Notes: generated by a model from the sequence alone, not told the origin. A stretch of DNA of 64,000 nt from the human T2T-CHM13v2.0 reference genome, Homo sapiens (GCF_009914755.1 NC_060933.1); one strand, 5' to 3'. Shown: positions 1 to 18,109, numbered from the stretch's first letter. Made by a program: numbers and translations.

Positions 1-351
<351 letters not shown>

Positions 352-776
352 ACAGGTTGTGTTTTTAACCATGACGCTATGTTATTCTGCAAGAACTAAG
401 ACATTGGAAGACAACTATTTCTATTTTGAAAGAGTGACTCATTGTTCTAAATTGTTTGGCATTTGAGTATTAAGCTTCAGGGCCTGATGACTTTCTTATT
501 TAATTTTCTGGTTGGCCAGCCGAGTATTTCCTGCGTCTACCCAGTTCTCACAGAAAGTAGCTGAGGCTGACTTCTGGGCAGGGTAAATCAGTTACAAAAT
601 AAAGGTTAGGCTGAGTGCCCATAGCAAAGCTAGAAAAGGCTCTGGAGTGATTTCCCCTCAACCCAGAGCAGTTTGGCTTGGACTCAGCAGCCTCTGCAGG
701 ATTTGGGGGCTCCTGCAAGACTTGAGTCCCCTTCAGAGTGCAAGGAGAGCAAGATTCACAGGGTGGAGGGAGTTAG

Positions 777-1130
<354 letters not shown>

Positions 1131-1184
1131 ACCATCTTGTCTTCTATGAGTAATTCTCAGGACAAAGACTTGTCACCATTTACG

Positions 1185-1415
1185 GGTGAAGAGCATGGAC
1201 TTTGGTGTCAGAAAAAAGCTTGAGTTTGAGTCCCAATTCTTTCACTTATTAGATGTGGGAACTTACTGCTTTTCCTCATTTTCCTCTCTTATAAAATGCA
1301 GATGACATTAGTACTTGCCTTGGTGGTACTGAGAGGATTAAATAAACAATACACTTAAAGTTCTTAAAGCAATATGTGGCACACAAAGCAAGCTCTAAAT
1401 AAGTGTTAGTTCTTC
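1185..1415 (+). mobile_element. MIR
   Basis: gaagagcatggactttggtgtcag...ataaaatg...gaggattaaat...ggcacacaaagcaagctctaaataa. Confidence 0.75.
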
Positions 1416-1489
1416 TTGTATTGACCTCCTGCAGCACACGTGGCACCATTCTATAAGCTTTCAGAACACTAATGACCACCTACCACTAT

Positions 1490-1630
1490 TTCTCACAACT
1501 CTTATGACTTAGGTATCTCCTGTTTTGCAGGTGAAGAAACTGAGCCTCAGAGGTGTTCACTGGCCCAAGGTGACTCGAGCAGAGAAGGGCTCAGCCAGGC
1601 TTTAGCAGAGGTGGGCCTGAGTCTGCGGCT
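1490..1630 (-). mobile_element. MIR fragment
   Basis: MIR core ttttgcaggtgaagaaactgagcctcagagg...gcccaaggtgac. Confidence 0.7.
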
Positions 1631-2373
1631 CGGCAGCACTGCTGTCCCCTCTCCCGCAGGCAGACATGCACCCCCACTGGATTGAAATAATTGTCTACGG
1701 GGTCCTGGGGAAACCGCTACTGAGTTCGTGTTTTGTTCACCAGTTTTAAAGCTGGATTTGAAGCAGCTTTTAATCACTTCGCTCATAAACATTCACTGCT
1801 CTGTGGGAGTCCTCCCCATAGGTTGTCTTACGGATGCATCAGCATAAGAAATGTTTGATGGGGCCTGCAATTTGCTTGTCATTTTCTGCCCACATGAGTG
1901 ATTGATAAGTGCTTTGAGTCATATCTGAGACTTCCTTTTAGGGAATGCATGTAGATCAGCAGTCACATTCCCTGACACCTCTCACACCTTCAGCTGCACT
2001 GTCACCAACACACTGACATCAGAAGCTGGGGCCTCTGCTCATTGTGTACATAGGAAGGGACAGCTGGTCCAGGTCAGCAGAGAGGGAACATATGTCAGGG
2101 TCCACTATGAACTCTGACCTCTCTGCCCTCTGGCCCAGAGGACAGTCTCATGGCTAGGTTGCTGTCATTGTCATTCCCAGGTACACCATTCAACCTCATG
2201 TGGCTGCTAATTTAATTTACTGTTTTCTGTTTAGTCACACAACAGGTTTGAACTTCTTTAGCAAATTGATTTCCCTACCTGGTGTCTTATAGTAGACATT
2301 CCAGATGAGACAGGGCCCCAAAATAGTTGCCCTCGATGTGTTGTGAGAGACTGAAAGCCAAAGGGCATATTAA

Positions 2374-2737
<364 letters not shown>

Positions 2738-2763
2738 TAATATTTACTTTAAAGTACACTGTA

Positions 2764-2891
2764 GGCCGGGCACGGTGGTTTACACCTGTAATCCCAGCAC
2801 TTTGGGAGGCCGAGGAGGGTAGATCACGAGGTCAGGAGTTAAAGACCAGCCTGGCCAATATGGTGAAACCCCGTCTCTACTAAAAAATAAA
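2764..2891 (+). mobile_element. Alu left monomer only (Sg-like) with its own TSD
   Basis: Ends at the A-rich linker; TSD aaagtacactgta (2751-2763) / aaagcacactgta (2892-2904). Confidence 0.88.
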
Positions 2892-3100
2892 AAAGCACAC
2901 TGTATACCAAAAAACAAAGAAGCAACAAGCAAAATTCACAGTATCAATGACTACATAAACCTAGAAACAGAGACTGTAATTGACTTCTAGGTATTAAGTT
3001 GAAACACATAAAACTGAGAATCTTTAATATTTTTGACCTATAAGAACAGACTATCTCTTGGGCAACAGTGGAGTTAAAATTAGGTGAGAAAAGAATATAT

Positions 3101-3323
3101 TCACTGCAACCTCCACCTCCGGAGTTCAAGCAATTCTCCTGCCTCAGCCTCCTGAGTAGCTGGGATTACAGGCATTCGCCGCCACCACACCTGGCTAATT
3201 TTGTATTTTTAGTAGAGACGGGGTTTCTCCATGTTGGTCAGGCTTGTCTCGACCTCCCTATCTCTGGTGATCCACCCACCTCGGCCTCCCAAAGTGCTGG
3301 GATTACCGGCGTGAGCCACCGCG
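3101..3323 (-). mobile_element. AluSp, 3'-truncated (no tail)
   Basis: Sp diagnostic tttctccatgttggtcagg; lacks ~55 3' nt and poly-A. Confidence 0.88.
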
Positions 3324-3914
3324 AGATGTTTCAAACTAGATAGATAATCTTTTTTGAGGATCTATGGAGAAGACCCTCAATTTGAGGCAGGTATCTTATC
3401 TATTTCTCTAAGGCCTGTTTAAGCTTAGCGTTAAACAGAAACATTCCTGAGTTTCTGCATCCCAGGGGATTTTAGTGCACATACACAGGATGTTTCATGC
3501 CCTTCATGTTTCTACCCAGTAGAAAAAAATAAAATCTATTCGTAGCTTGGACCAGAAACAGGAGGTGATTCTTTTTACTATCAGCCTCGAAAATATCTTT
3601 CTTCTTGTGGTGTGGCAAGGGGACTTTAGCATACACCATCACCCTCCTCAGAGGATGCCAAGGAGCTACATGGGGTTGTGGATGGAGGGAGAACATTTTC
3701 TGAGCAGTTACTAAGCAAGTCAGGTAAGAGCATTTTACAGAAAGCATTGGAGAGAAGCAAAGTCTCTGTGGCATTGTCATGACAATGTCTATATTTTCAA
3801 GCAAAATCCATCAACAAGGACTAAAGTCAATTCTTCCAATGGTAAAATGATCCCCATTCAAGGAAGGGACATGATGCCAATTGGTAACATTTTCAAAATA
3901 CCAATAATACTCCT

Positions 3915-4050
3915 CCAGGTGTTCTAAATGCATTAATTGTGTTAATCCTGAAAATGCTCCGAGTTTAGTACCTCTTATAATAGATGATAAAACTGAGGCA
4001 CAGCTGAGATTTAAAGGTTGTAGGTCCACACAGAAATGCATTAGGAAAAG
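3915..4050 (-). mobile_element. MIR fragment
   Basis: agatgataaaactgaggcacag core. Confidence 0.6.
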
Positions 4051-4095
4051 CTGGGTATCACGGGGAGAAGAGAAACCTACCAAGGAAATACAAGG

Positions 4096-4392
4096 TTTTT
4101 TTTTTTTTTTTTGAGACAGTCTTACTCTTGTCACTCAGGTTGTAGTGCAGTGGCACAATCTCGGCTCACACTACAACCTCTGCCTCCTGGGTTCAAGTGA
4201 TTCTCCTGCCTCAGCCTCCCGAATAGCTGAGACAACAGGCGTGCACCACCATGTCCAGCTAATTTTTGTATTTTTAGTAGTAGTGGGGTTTTACCATGTT
4301 GGCCATGCTAGTCTTGAACTCCTGGCCTCAAATGATCTGCCTGCCTCGCCTCCCAAAGTGCTGGAATTACAGGCATGAGCCACCACACCTGT
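4096..4392 (-). mobile_element. Alu (J/Sx-like)
   Basis: Full dimer with poly-T. Confidence 0.92.
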
Positions 4393-4649
4393 TAGGATTC
4401 TTTTAATTGGAAATAGTGCATAATCCCACTATGATTTACTCAATAGAAAAATAATGCTATATATTATTTAATTAAATATATTATACACACACACAAGTAG
4501 TTCATTCTCAGCTATTCTGTTTGTTGCCTTCATAAATCCTAAGATAATGAGTCTTTCAAAGTATTGTTAGAGATAGAAAACTGGTCTGATTGGGCTGCAC
4601 CTGATATTGCAGTTTACATGCACGTAGTTTGGTGTTTTACTGACCTAAG

Positions 4650-4800
4650 ACCCCAGCTCCTGTATTCATCAGCTGTGTGACCCAAGTAAATTGCCTAGTA
4701 ATTTTAACAATACCTACTTCACAGAGCTGCTGGGAGATTTAAATGAGATCGTATGTCTAAAGCAGTTAGTACAGTACCTAACACATGGTAAACGCTTAAC
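4650..4800 (+). mobile_element. MIR
   Basis: agctgtgtgacc...atacctacttcacagagctgctgggagatttaaatgaga...cctaacacatggtaaacgc. Confidence 0.7.
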
Positions 4801-5734
4801 AGTGACAAAAGCAGTGATTTCTGGAGTCTCTCAACAAGGTAAACCGCGTCCTTTCACAATGGTCCCTTTGCCAGGTTTAACAGGTGTGACACTCTATAAA
4901 CTTGCTCCCGAAGGCACTGCAGTAGACCCAACAAATAGAAAGGTATTTAATGAACTTGTTCATTATCTTGCCAATTTTATGGGCCTGTCCAACAGGATCT
5001 GTCCCAATCATAGAAATGCAGTGATAAAGGCAGTGCCACTAAGCTCAATTTTTTTTTTTTTTTGCTGGGGCAGCTCTTCCCATAAGATGCCTCCAACAGA
5101 CTTCCCTTTGCCCCATTTGCTTTTTCCACTTTTGTGCATGAAACCAGAGCTATGTGTAATTTCCAGCGTTCTCATATGTTGATCTTTTTCATCTACTAAA
5201 AAATAGTGAGCTTGAAAAGTTCAATTAAAATGAAACATAAATATTTTCTTTCTTACTGTGTCATTAAAAACTCTCTCCCACTCCCCAACGTTACTTGGCA
5301 CCCACCCAAAGAAAACGTTTTCCCCGTTAGGCCCCCAGTGTTTAAAGCATGGAGGAAACAGGTCTGGTTAGTCTGTCTGGACAGGATCCTCACATGGGGA
5401 GAAGAGCGGAGATTTCAAAGGACTAGAAAACAGAGTACAAAGTAGAAAAGTAAGCAGAGGGAAAAAGGATGGTGACTGAAAGCTAAAAGAGAGAGAGAAA
5501 ATGATTTCATAGAACCAGCCTAGAATGGACAATTTCTGGAAAATTGTATCTTATCTTGGGTTTCTGTATCTAAGTGTAAAGCTCACTGTTTGGTGATGAC
5601 CCCTTCCAGAAGAGAGTCTAATATAACACTACCCCTGGTTATTTCTGGTCAATTCCAACATTATTCAGTACAGCTGGTATTTCAGATTTATGTTATCAGG
5701 GGGATAGATCATCTTCAACAACAGCAGTGGCACA

Positions 5735-5940
5735 AATATTTATTAAGCATTTACTATGTGCTATGAAGTTAACAAGGATTAGTTTCTTTACTCCTTAAAG
5801 AAATCCTATGAGCTAAGTACAATTATAATCCCAATTTCAAAGATAGGAAACCTGAGTTTAGGGAGGTTACAACTAGTAGTTGACTGAGGCTGGATTCAAA
5901 CTCTAGCAGTTGGACTCCAGAGCTTGTGCCCTCTATCATA
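5735..5940 (-). mobile_element. MIR
   Basis: tttattaagcatttactatgtg...ggattcaaactctagcagttggactccagagc. Confidence 0.7.
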
Positions 5941-6929
5941 TTCCACAGGACACACCAAGTTTCTGGACACCTTTTCGAAATTCTTCTTACTATAACTCCT
6001 CTCGCTCCCTCTCCTCTTCTTCCTCTCTGTCATCCTCCTCCTTTTTCTCTTCTGCCTTCCTCTCTTTACATGGATCCTGCCCAGAGATTCAGGTTCTATT
6101 TTGTAAGTGGTACATCATCCAATTTTTATTTCCTATCACAGAGCTAATGTATTCCAACCAGTCCTTTTTCCAATAGTTGCTAATCCAGCGAAATCAGTAT
6201 CAGTCACCAAAGGAAATTCAAATAGAGGGAACTGCTCCATCTAGAGTTTCATTTTGCAACTAAGTTATTTGTTGTTTCCATTTAGTGCTCTTCCTCTCTT
6301 CTTCCCTTTCCAAGATGAATTTGCCTTGTCTAAACATTAGGCTTTCTAGTCCAGGTTAAGCCAAAAATAAATCAGTCTATGGTGGCATGTTCAGTGAGTG
6401 GTTTCCTGTAGATATCTGAGGGCAGCACATTCCTTTTCACCTTCTCTTTTCTAAACAAATACATCTCGATTTCAATCTTTTTTCCTAGGGAAATACTGTT
6501 TCCTTTTTCTTCCCATACTCTGAGCTCTTTTTTTCTCTTTGTTTTATGCATTTAGCTGCTTCAATTTCTGTCCTGCTGACTTTAAAACAATATAGTCAAA
6601 ACTGAGGTGAGAACAGGTTATTACTTTATGTGAGTTTGTTTTAATCAGACCACTCTTACTTTGAAGTGGAAATATCTTACCTCAAAAGGTGACACAGAGG
6701 CAGCTGAAGTCCAGGGGTCAGAGATTCTCCGATCTTCATCTATTGGGGTGATTGACACAGTTTTTCACTTTCACAGTCCAATCCCAAATAAGATAAATCC
6801 TTAACCCTTAAAAGCAGCAGTCTCTGAAACCCTTTAAAGTGGTTAGGCAAGAAGGGTCCCAGGGCAGATTGTATTCTTGTGTTATGTATGGTCATAATAT
6901 CTCTTCCATTATAAAGTATAATATATTGC

Positions 6930-7120
6930 ATTTGCTAGCTGTGTGATTTTGAGGAACCTCTATGTGGCTCAGTTTCCTCATCTACGAAGTGGGGAGAATA
7001 AAAATAACTACCTTATAGGGTTGTCATAAGAAAGAAATTGGTATATGTATGTATGGTATATATATATTAGAATAGTACCTAACATTGGAAGTTAAATATG
7101 TGTTACCTACTATTATCATT
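6930..7120 (+). mobile_element. MIR
   Basis: tagctgtgtgatttt...ctcagtttcctcatctacgaagtgggg. Confidence 0.7.
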
Positions 7121-7660
7121 CACTTAAAATTCTAGCCCTCATTCTTATTTTAGCAGTATCAGTTTGCCCCTCTTATTTATTCATTCGTCATTCCTTCTGT
7201 CCATCCTTCCTTCCAAATGTATTTATTCAGTATCTAATATGTGCCAGGCACTGTGCTGGGCTCTGGGATGCGGTGGTAAGCAAAAATAGAATCCTTGCCT
7301 TCATGGAGCTCACAGTCTAGTGGGGAGACCAGGCAGAAGTCAGATGATCATGTGAGATCATGTAAGTGCCCTGTGAAGCATTCCATGAAGAATTCATGAG
7401 CTGGCTGATGGTGCAAAGGAGTTTACAACATAGGAATTTGGCTTAAGCAGGAAGCAGAGGTTCTTCCTCAAGTGCTCCTGAGGAACTGATATAAGTTAAG
7501 AGCTTAGAGGTGAGGAGAAGATGAGTTGGTAAAGCGAAGAGGGAAGAGTGCTCCAGGTAGGGGAATCTGGGCTGTAAGATGCAACAGGAAGAGGGAAAGG
7601 GCGGCCACACAGATAACGCAGAGCTCTCTGGGCAATTCAACTAGTTAAAGTTGTCAGAGC

Positions 7661-8012
<352 letters not shown>

Positions 8013-8019
8013 CTAGGTT

Positions 8020-8311
8020 CTATTTTTATTTTTATTTTTTGAGATAGAGTTTTGCTCTGTCGCCCAGGCTACAGTGCAGTTGGCTCACTGCAACCTCCGC
8101 TTCCTGGGTTCAAGCGATTCTCCTGCCTCAGCCTCCCAAGTAGCGAGATTACAGGCGTGCGCCACTGATCCCGGCTAATTTTTGTATTTTTAGTAGAGAT
8201 GAGGTTTCACCATGTTGTCCAGGCTGGTCTTGAACTCCTGACTTCAGGTGATCAGCCGGCCCTGGCCTCCCAAAGCACTGGGATTACAGGCGTGAGCCAC
8301 TGCACCTGGCC
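8020..8311 (-). mobile_element. AluS
   Basis: Dimer; TSD ttaagctaggtt on both sides. Confidence 0.93.
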
Positions 8312-9552
8312 TTAAGCTAGGTTTTGTGTGTGTTTGTGTGTGTGTGTTAGGGGTGGCAGTGGTATTCAGATTTTAGTAGTTGTATGTGAGTTTCCGAAAG
8401 ATTGTTGTGGCTGCAGTGTGAAGAATGGTTCAGAAGAGCTAATCAGGTTGCTGAGAGACTGGTAAGAAGGCTGTTGCAGTAATCTACAGGAGAGATGTTG
8501 ACGGCATGGCCGTGCTGGCAGTGGCCAAGGTACAGTGGTGAGGATAGAGGCGAATGGCATTTAGCAAATACAATTCATACTGTTTGGAGATGGAAGAAGT
8601 TGGGAATGGGGCAGAGAGGGCTGGGTGCCATGGTGACTTCGTTTATTCTAGTGAGGTTGAATGTCTTTCCTTTTGTTCCTCTTGAGTGCCTTTACCTCCT
8701 AGGCCCATAAGCTGACGTGTGGAATCTTGTACAGAGCTGAAATAATCAGTGTCACCCAAAACATTTGAACAACACTGCTTGGGCATGCTAATTAGCCAAA
8801 ATAAAATAAGGAAGTTGACCTTCAACCCTTGTCTTTGTTTTTTTTTTTTCCAGCTGCAGAAGTCATTTTCAGTTGTTCTCTGACTCCCGTAAACAACAAT
8901 TCCTGTCGCCTTATCCTTTTGATGCCTGGTTCCACTTCTATATTTTCACTTGGACATGATTCTCACTGACAGTAGAAAGTTCAGCACAAAGACCTACAGC
9001 TGTGAAAATACTTGCTCCTCTTCAGAACTATTAGTACTCCTGGGAATCATGTCACAGTGCCAACCACTTGCTGGTCCTGAAGTGACCCTGTTATTTTGGG
9101 AGGTAGTAAAGGAAATGATATTTTTAAAACCTCAAGTGGCACTCTCTTTGGACACTGAATGGTGTGTAAGTGATAAAACGCTCACTATGCTGAAGGAGCA
9201 GGGGAGCACACAGGTGCTGGAGGCTCTCTAGTGTCTCTATTCGTGGCTGCAAAATACCGCTGAGCTCACCGAAATAACCCAGGACCAAAGTGTTCTCTTC
9301 TGTTGAATAATTAGACAACGTAAGTGGTCACTTTAGAGAAGCTAGCTCTCTTCTTCTGTATGTGTTTTAGGATTTTTATTACAAACTAAACACAATCCTT
9401 GGGCAGATTTAGGAGCATAGGAAGAAGACTGCTAGATTTTGACTGTGAACAGAACCTGTGTTTTATTATTCTTTGTATCCCAAGCATATCCACAGTGCTT
9501 CTCATTTAGTAGATGCCCCCAAAATATTGGTTGGATAAAAGATTCGTTGATG

Positions 9553-9881
<329 letters not shown>

Positions 9882-9944
9882 GCTCGTTAATGTTTTCATG
9901 GAGTATTATTTCTATGGTGTGGTGTGGTGTGGTGAGTTGAGTGC

Positions 9945-10236
<292 letters not shown>

Positions 10237-10787
10237 AGAGTTGAACATTTTTTGTTCTACTTGGTAGAGACAATCACTTCCTGTGCTCTTTATTTATTTT
10301 GACCTTTAGCTACAACGATGTTCTAAAATGAAATAATAAAGAAATCATTTTTGAGTACCATTTTGCATGTACAGATACATACATTTGCTGACCAGGTGCG
10401 CATAGAGATGCTCTGCCTGGAAGATACTTCTGCAACTTAATTGCACTGAAGTGAGGTTATTGATGTGGGAGGAAGGGAAAGTAAGACAAAACTCACAACT
10501 TAATTTCTACACAGGATTGCTATTTAAAAAATGAATTTTAAGTGCTTCTTGCATACCCAGCATAGGCACTGGGGGATTTACTGGTGATTTGTGATTTGTA
10601 ATTACCCAGAATATGGTCCAATGGTCCCTTGTCCTTTGAAGCAATTGGCCCGTTCTCTTGACTGCTGCTCTGTACTTTCCCACTCTCAGCTCTCTCATAA
10701 GGGCCCCATTCCTTCTGGTCTGTTCTATTGGAACAGTCTCTTTCCACTTCATTCTTAATTTCTCCTTGTTGCTGGATTACTGTATGT

Positions 10788-11290
<503 letters not shown>

Positions 11291-12176
11291 GCATATATAA
11301 AGCTCATTCTAAGTATATCACCTCTTTGTTCAACACATTTTGTCTTTTCTTTTTTTTTACAAAACCTGTCTAAGTGTGTGTTTTTATATCCCTCTATTCA
11401 ATGCTTTCTACCATAGAACACCAGCTTGTTTCCCTAAACATATAAGTGTATCCCACACTGCACAATTCAGATAGAATACTTGTTTTTCCCTGTCTTATTT
11501 CTTCTTGTAGAAACCATACTCATTCTTTAGAGCTCATTAAAAACTTAACATTTATCTAAGTAATTCATACATGTGGTTTTAAAATCAACTGGTATTAAAG
11601 GGTCTACGAAGAAACACAGCAGGCCCTACCCGACCTCTCAACCACTCTTTTCTGTTCCCCAGGGAAAGTAACTTTAATCTTTGTTATTTTCACTTTTTCT
11701 TATGATGACCTTTATTTATATAACTAATCTGCAAACACCTCAATTAAAAATAATTAAACATTTCATCTACTAACTTTTATGTTTATTGACTAATTTTTGC
11801 TATGGTAGTGTATCAGTCACAGTTTTCTAAAGGGACAGAGCTCTATACAATTTGAATAAATAAAATTTTAGGTAGATAAAATTTGATAGATACCTCATTT
11901 CTCCTCTTGACTCTTCCCAATATATCTTCAGTTAAATCTTGATCCTGTGCCAAGTTTATCCTTTTCAGGGAGTGTTTTCAGATACTCCTCTCTTCCCTGC
12001 CATGATAGTGCTTTGCTTCTCTCTTTTAATGCACGCCAGCTCTGCCTTGTATTACAGCAATGTTTGAAAGTGTGCGTTTCCTACCCCAGCTAGGTTATAA
12101 GAGCTAAGGAAATCTAACTTGTGTTTTATTTTCTTTGTATCTTCCCAGGGCTAACCACAGGACCTGGGACATTGTA

Positions 12177-13432
12177 CAGTCACATGTTGCATGATGATGG
12201 GGGTATGTTCTGAGAAGTGCATCCTTAGGCAGTTTCATTATTGTGCAAACGTCATAGAGCATATTTGCCCAAACCTAGGTGTAGAGCATACTACACACCT
12301 AGGATATATGGGACAGTCTATTGCTTCTAAGCTACAAACCTGTACAGCACATTACTGCACTGAATACTGTAGGCAAGTGTAGCAAGATGGTAAGTATTTG
12401 TATATCTAAACATATCCAAACATTAAAAAGGTGCAGTAAAAATATAGTATGAAAGACAGAAATGATACACTTGTATAGGGCACTTACCTTGAATGGAGCT
12501 TATAGGGCTGGAAGTGGCTTTGGGTGAGTGAGTGGGTGAGTGGTAAGGGAATGTGAGGGCCTAGGATATTCACTCATGTACACTACTGTGGACTTCTTAA
12601 ACACTGTACACTTAGGCTATAGTAAACTTATTAAAATATTTTTTCTTCAATAATAAATAAACCTTAGCTTACTATAACTTTTCTAACTTTGTGAACTTTT
12701 AAATTTTAAAAAACCTTTTTGACTCTTGTAATAACTCTTAGCTTAAAACAAACACATTGTACAGCTAGACAAAAAATATTTCCTTTATGTTCTTATTCTA
12801 TAAGCTTTCTCTATTTTACAAAATTTATTTTTTTAACTTTTTAAATTTTTTCTTAAAAACTAAGACACAAACTCAAACATTATCCTAGGCCTACACAGGG
12901 TCAGGATCATCAATATCACTGTCTTCCACCTCCACATCTTGCCCCAGTTGGAAGGTCTTCAGGGGCAATAACACCCATGAAGCTGTCATTTCCTATGATA
13001 ACAATGTCTTCTTCTGGGATACCTCCTGAAGGATCTGCCTGAGGCTGTTTTACAGTTAGCTCTTTCTCTCTCTTTTTTTTTTTTGAAACTGCATCACTGG
13101 CAACTTTTTTTAATGAGTAGAAAAGTACAGTTTAAAAATAATAATAAAAGTATAGTAGAGTAAATAGATAAACCAGTAACACAGTCATTTATTATTATTA
13201 TCAGGCATCATATACTGTACCTAATTGTTTGTGCTAGACTTTTATACCACTGGCAGCACAGTAGGTTTGTTTATATAAGCATCGTGAGTAATGAGTTGTG
13301 CTATGATGATGTTACAATAGCTGTGACATTAGTAGGTGATAGGAATTTTTCATCTCCATTATAACCTCATGAGACCACCAATGTATATGTGGTCTGTTAT
13401 TGCCTGAAACGTTGTTATGCAGTGTATGAGTG
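12177..13432 (+). mobile_element. Tigger3b (MER7B/Golem-type) non-autonomous TcMar element, near full length
   Basis: Degenerate terminal inverted repeats (cagtcacatgttgc... / ...gcagtgtatgagtg) flanked by TA; typical interior; splits an L2 3' end. Confidence 0.85.
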
Positions 13433-13596
13433 TACACACTAAGTAAATGTGGCAGATTTCACAATACAGTAAAATACATTTGTCCAACTTTGAACCTTTG
13501 TGCTGTTACATCAGTACTAAGAATATGGCTTTTCTTTCCAATGTGTTTTTCCAACATTATTGCAAGGAATAGTAAACCTGGAGTCAGGAGACTTAA

Positions 13597-13960
<364 letters not shown>

Positions 13961-13962
13961 CA

Positions 13963-14271
<309 letters not shown>

Positions 14272-14301
14272 CATTTTTTTCATCAGTAAAATGATGGGTT
14301 G

Positions 14302-14740
<439 letters not shown>

Positions 14741-15539
14741 TTAACAATAACCTTTAAATAGAAAAGTTCATTTTTAGATTATCCAGCAGTTCTTTCTTCC
14801 AAGATCAGCTTAAGAGTTGTTGGGTGAAATTGTATTCTCATTGTCTGAAATTTGAAGCAAGAAAATTCAAACATTTAGTATCATTTACCTATTCTTACTT
14901 GTTGATGAGAAATCAGCTTTACTGCCAACCTTTCAGGCTCTGAAGGGATTTTAAACTTTATCTTGATTTGATTTAAAAAAAAAAAAATTAACCAAAGGCA
15001 CGTTTTCTAAGCCCTTGTCCGGCCCTACCCATTAGAAAGTGTGAGCTACTGTTCTATCGAAACTAATTAAACCTTAAATGTATAACCAACTCTCAATTAC
15101 CAAGGTTAATGGGACTACATGCATACATAATTACATCTTACATTTATACAGTGCTTTTAACTTCTTCAAAGCACTTTTCACTGAATTGCATATATAAAAC
15201 AGATGATTTTTTTTTGGAAATTCACAAATAAGGCAAAAAAATCTTGGAATCAATAATTTCAACTTTGTACCTTTTATAAGCTATTAGAGCTAGTGAAATT
15301 GTCTAATAGGACTTTTATTGCCTTACTCTCTTCTTCACCCCTCTCAACTGAAGGCAAGAAATGACGGAAAGATCTGGAACAAGAAGGAAAGGAAAGCCAA
15401 GGACCTGAGCTATCCATGATATTAGCTCCAGGGTAATTAAGAGTAATTGACTGTAGGTGTGACTCTATCCAGAAAGGCCAGAAAGAGACAAAAAGGCATA
15501 GGAAATGCTGTGTAAATAACAGTATTTACAGGGCTCTTA

Positions 15540-16195
<656 letters not shown>

Positions 16196-16230
16196 ACCGA
16201 ACGATGGAATGACTGAACTAGCCACATATG

Positions 16231-16346
16231 CTGCAGAGAGGCCAAAGCTGACCCCAGGTCTGTATTCATTTTGTGTCCTTCTGTCAATATTCCTAAAACT
16301 GCTCCAGGACCCCTGATTTATTGCCTCTACAATGGGCGTTGCTAAT
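16231..16346 (+). repeat. Donor arm of a ~120-bp dispersed inverted repeat (partner at 18329-18448)
   Basis: Reverse complement aligns to 18329-18448 at roughly 85% by eye. Confidence 0.92.
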
Positions 16347-17449
16347 ACAGATCACCTTGACAGGGGTGCTCTGAGGAATAATAGGTAAACAATTGTGAGG
16401 AGCTATATAAATGCTAAATAATGATCACAGTAATAACCTTTTATTCAAGTCAGTACTGTGATAGGCAGCTCACACTCGGATGCTTTGGCAAATGTGGAAA
16501 TCAATACGGCTGCTCCCTGAGCACACCAGCACCATCCTTTAAAATAGAAAAAATAAATGAGCCGATGATCATGATATTCAAAGTGGTTAGTGATCAAATA
16601 ACTGTCTTGAGAGAAAGCTGGTGTGTGAAGTGTAAAATGGGAGTAGCAACATAATGGCACATTGCAGCACAGACCAGCTAGAGGATAACTGGGAAATGCA
16701 ACTGGATGCTTGCTGGGGCACACTCTGCCCACTCCAGGATGAGTATTGTACCCTCATCAGGACAGGCGCTGCCACCACCAAAAGCACTGGCAGACAGAAA
16801 GTGGGATGAGAAAGAGCCGGATCAGCAACATCTTTGCCAGCAGCCCCATCTGGCCCTCTTGGCCTTAGTAAACCTCCCTGGGGGAGAACTAAGAAGCTGG
16901 TACCAAGGGCCCTCCCTTGGAAGGGCACCAAGGAAGTGGGGAGGGAGGGGAGGGGGGAATGAGCATTGCATTTTCTCCTTTCTAGAATGAAATATCTGAA
17001 ATATCCCAATGCCTGGAGAGGCTTCTGCAGTCTTCATAGTGGAGCTTCCCTATACAATTGCAGATAGGAATCCATCCTTCTAGTTGTTCCTCCTTTCCCT
17101 GAAACCCCCCTTCCTTCCTTTTCTCTAAATCTCTCCTCCCCCCAACATTATATTAACACTATAAAATTATAATTTTTGTGTGTCATACTATCTCTTTGAT
17201 ATAAATATCGATGTGCCTGAACATTCTTTCCTGACTCCCACCCCACATCAGCAATTATGCGGCCATATAGGGGCACATACACGTGTGCTCACACGTACAT
17301 GCACACACACACAGCCCTCCTTTGTTAAACCCTGGCTCAGTTATTACAGAATGCTTGTGGAGTGTAGGCCACATAGCAGAAAAATTTAAATTATAGTTGC
17401 TTCTTGTTGAAAAGCAGAAAGAAAGATAACAATTAAAAAAGCAGATATT

Positions 17450-17780
<331 letters not shown>

Positions 17781-18109
17781 TTAATACTTTGCTGCATATT
17801 GACTAATGCTCCATAGTGACTGAGCAAGTCACTTTTCCATGGTGGGACAGGTAGACTCCATATGCTCTCTGAGGTGCTATGAGATCCCAGTGCATATTTA
17901 ACCTTTTGAGGATTGGCTAGAAATGAGGGGGTTAAAAAAGAATATGGCAAGATAGTCTTAGTCTATAGGAAGTTATGGTTTAAATTTGAGTGAGGCAGGA
18001 TCAAGATCCTAGAAAAAGTCTAATTGATTTTAACCAAATGGGATAATATTCAAATGTTAACTATACTGTGATACTGTATTTAGAGTACTTGGGGCCAGTA
18101 TGCTATATG

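Noticed and set aside
4691-5182. 163-aa ORF
   Set aside because: Begins inside a MIR, TTG start, contains a poly-T run, no homology recognised.
15511-15530. 8-bp hairpin tgtaaata/tatttaca
   Set aside because: Short AT-rich stem expected by chance in 64 kb.
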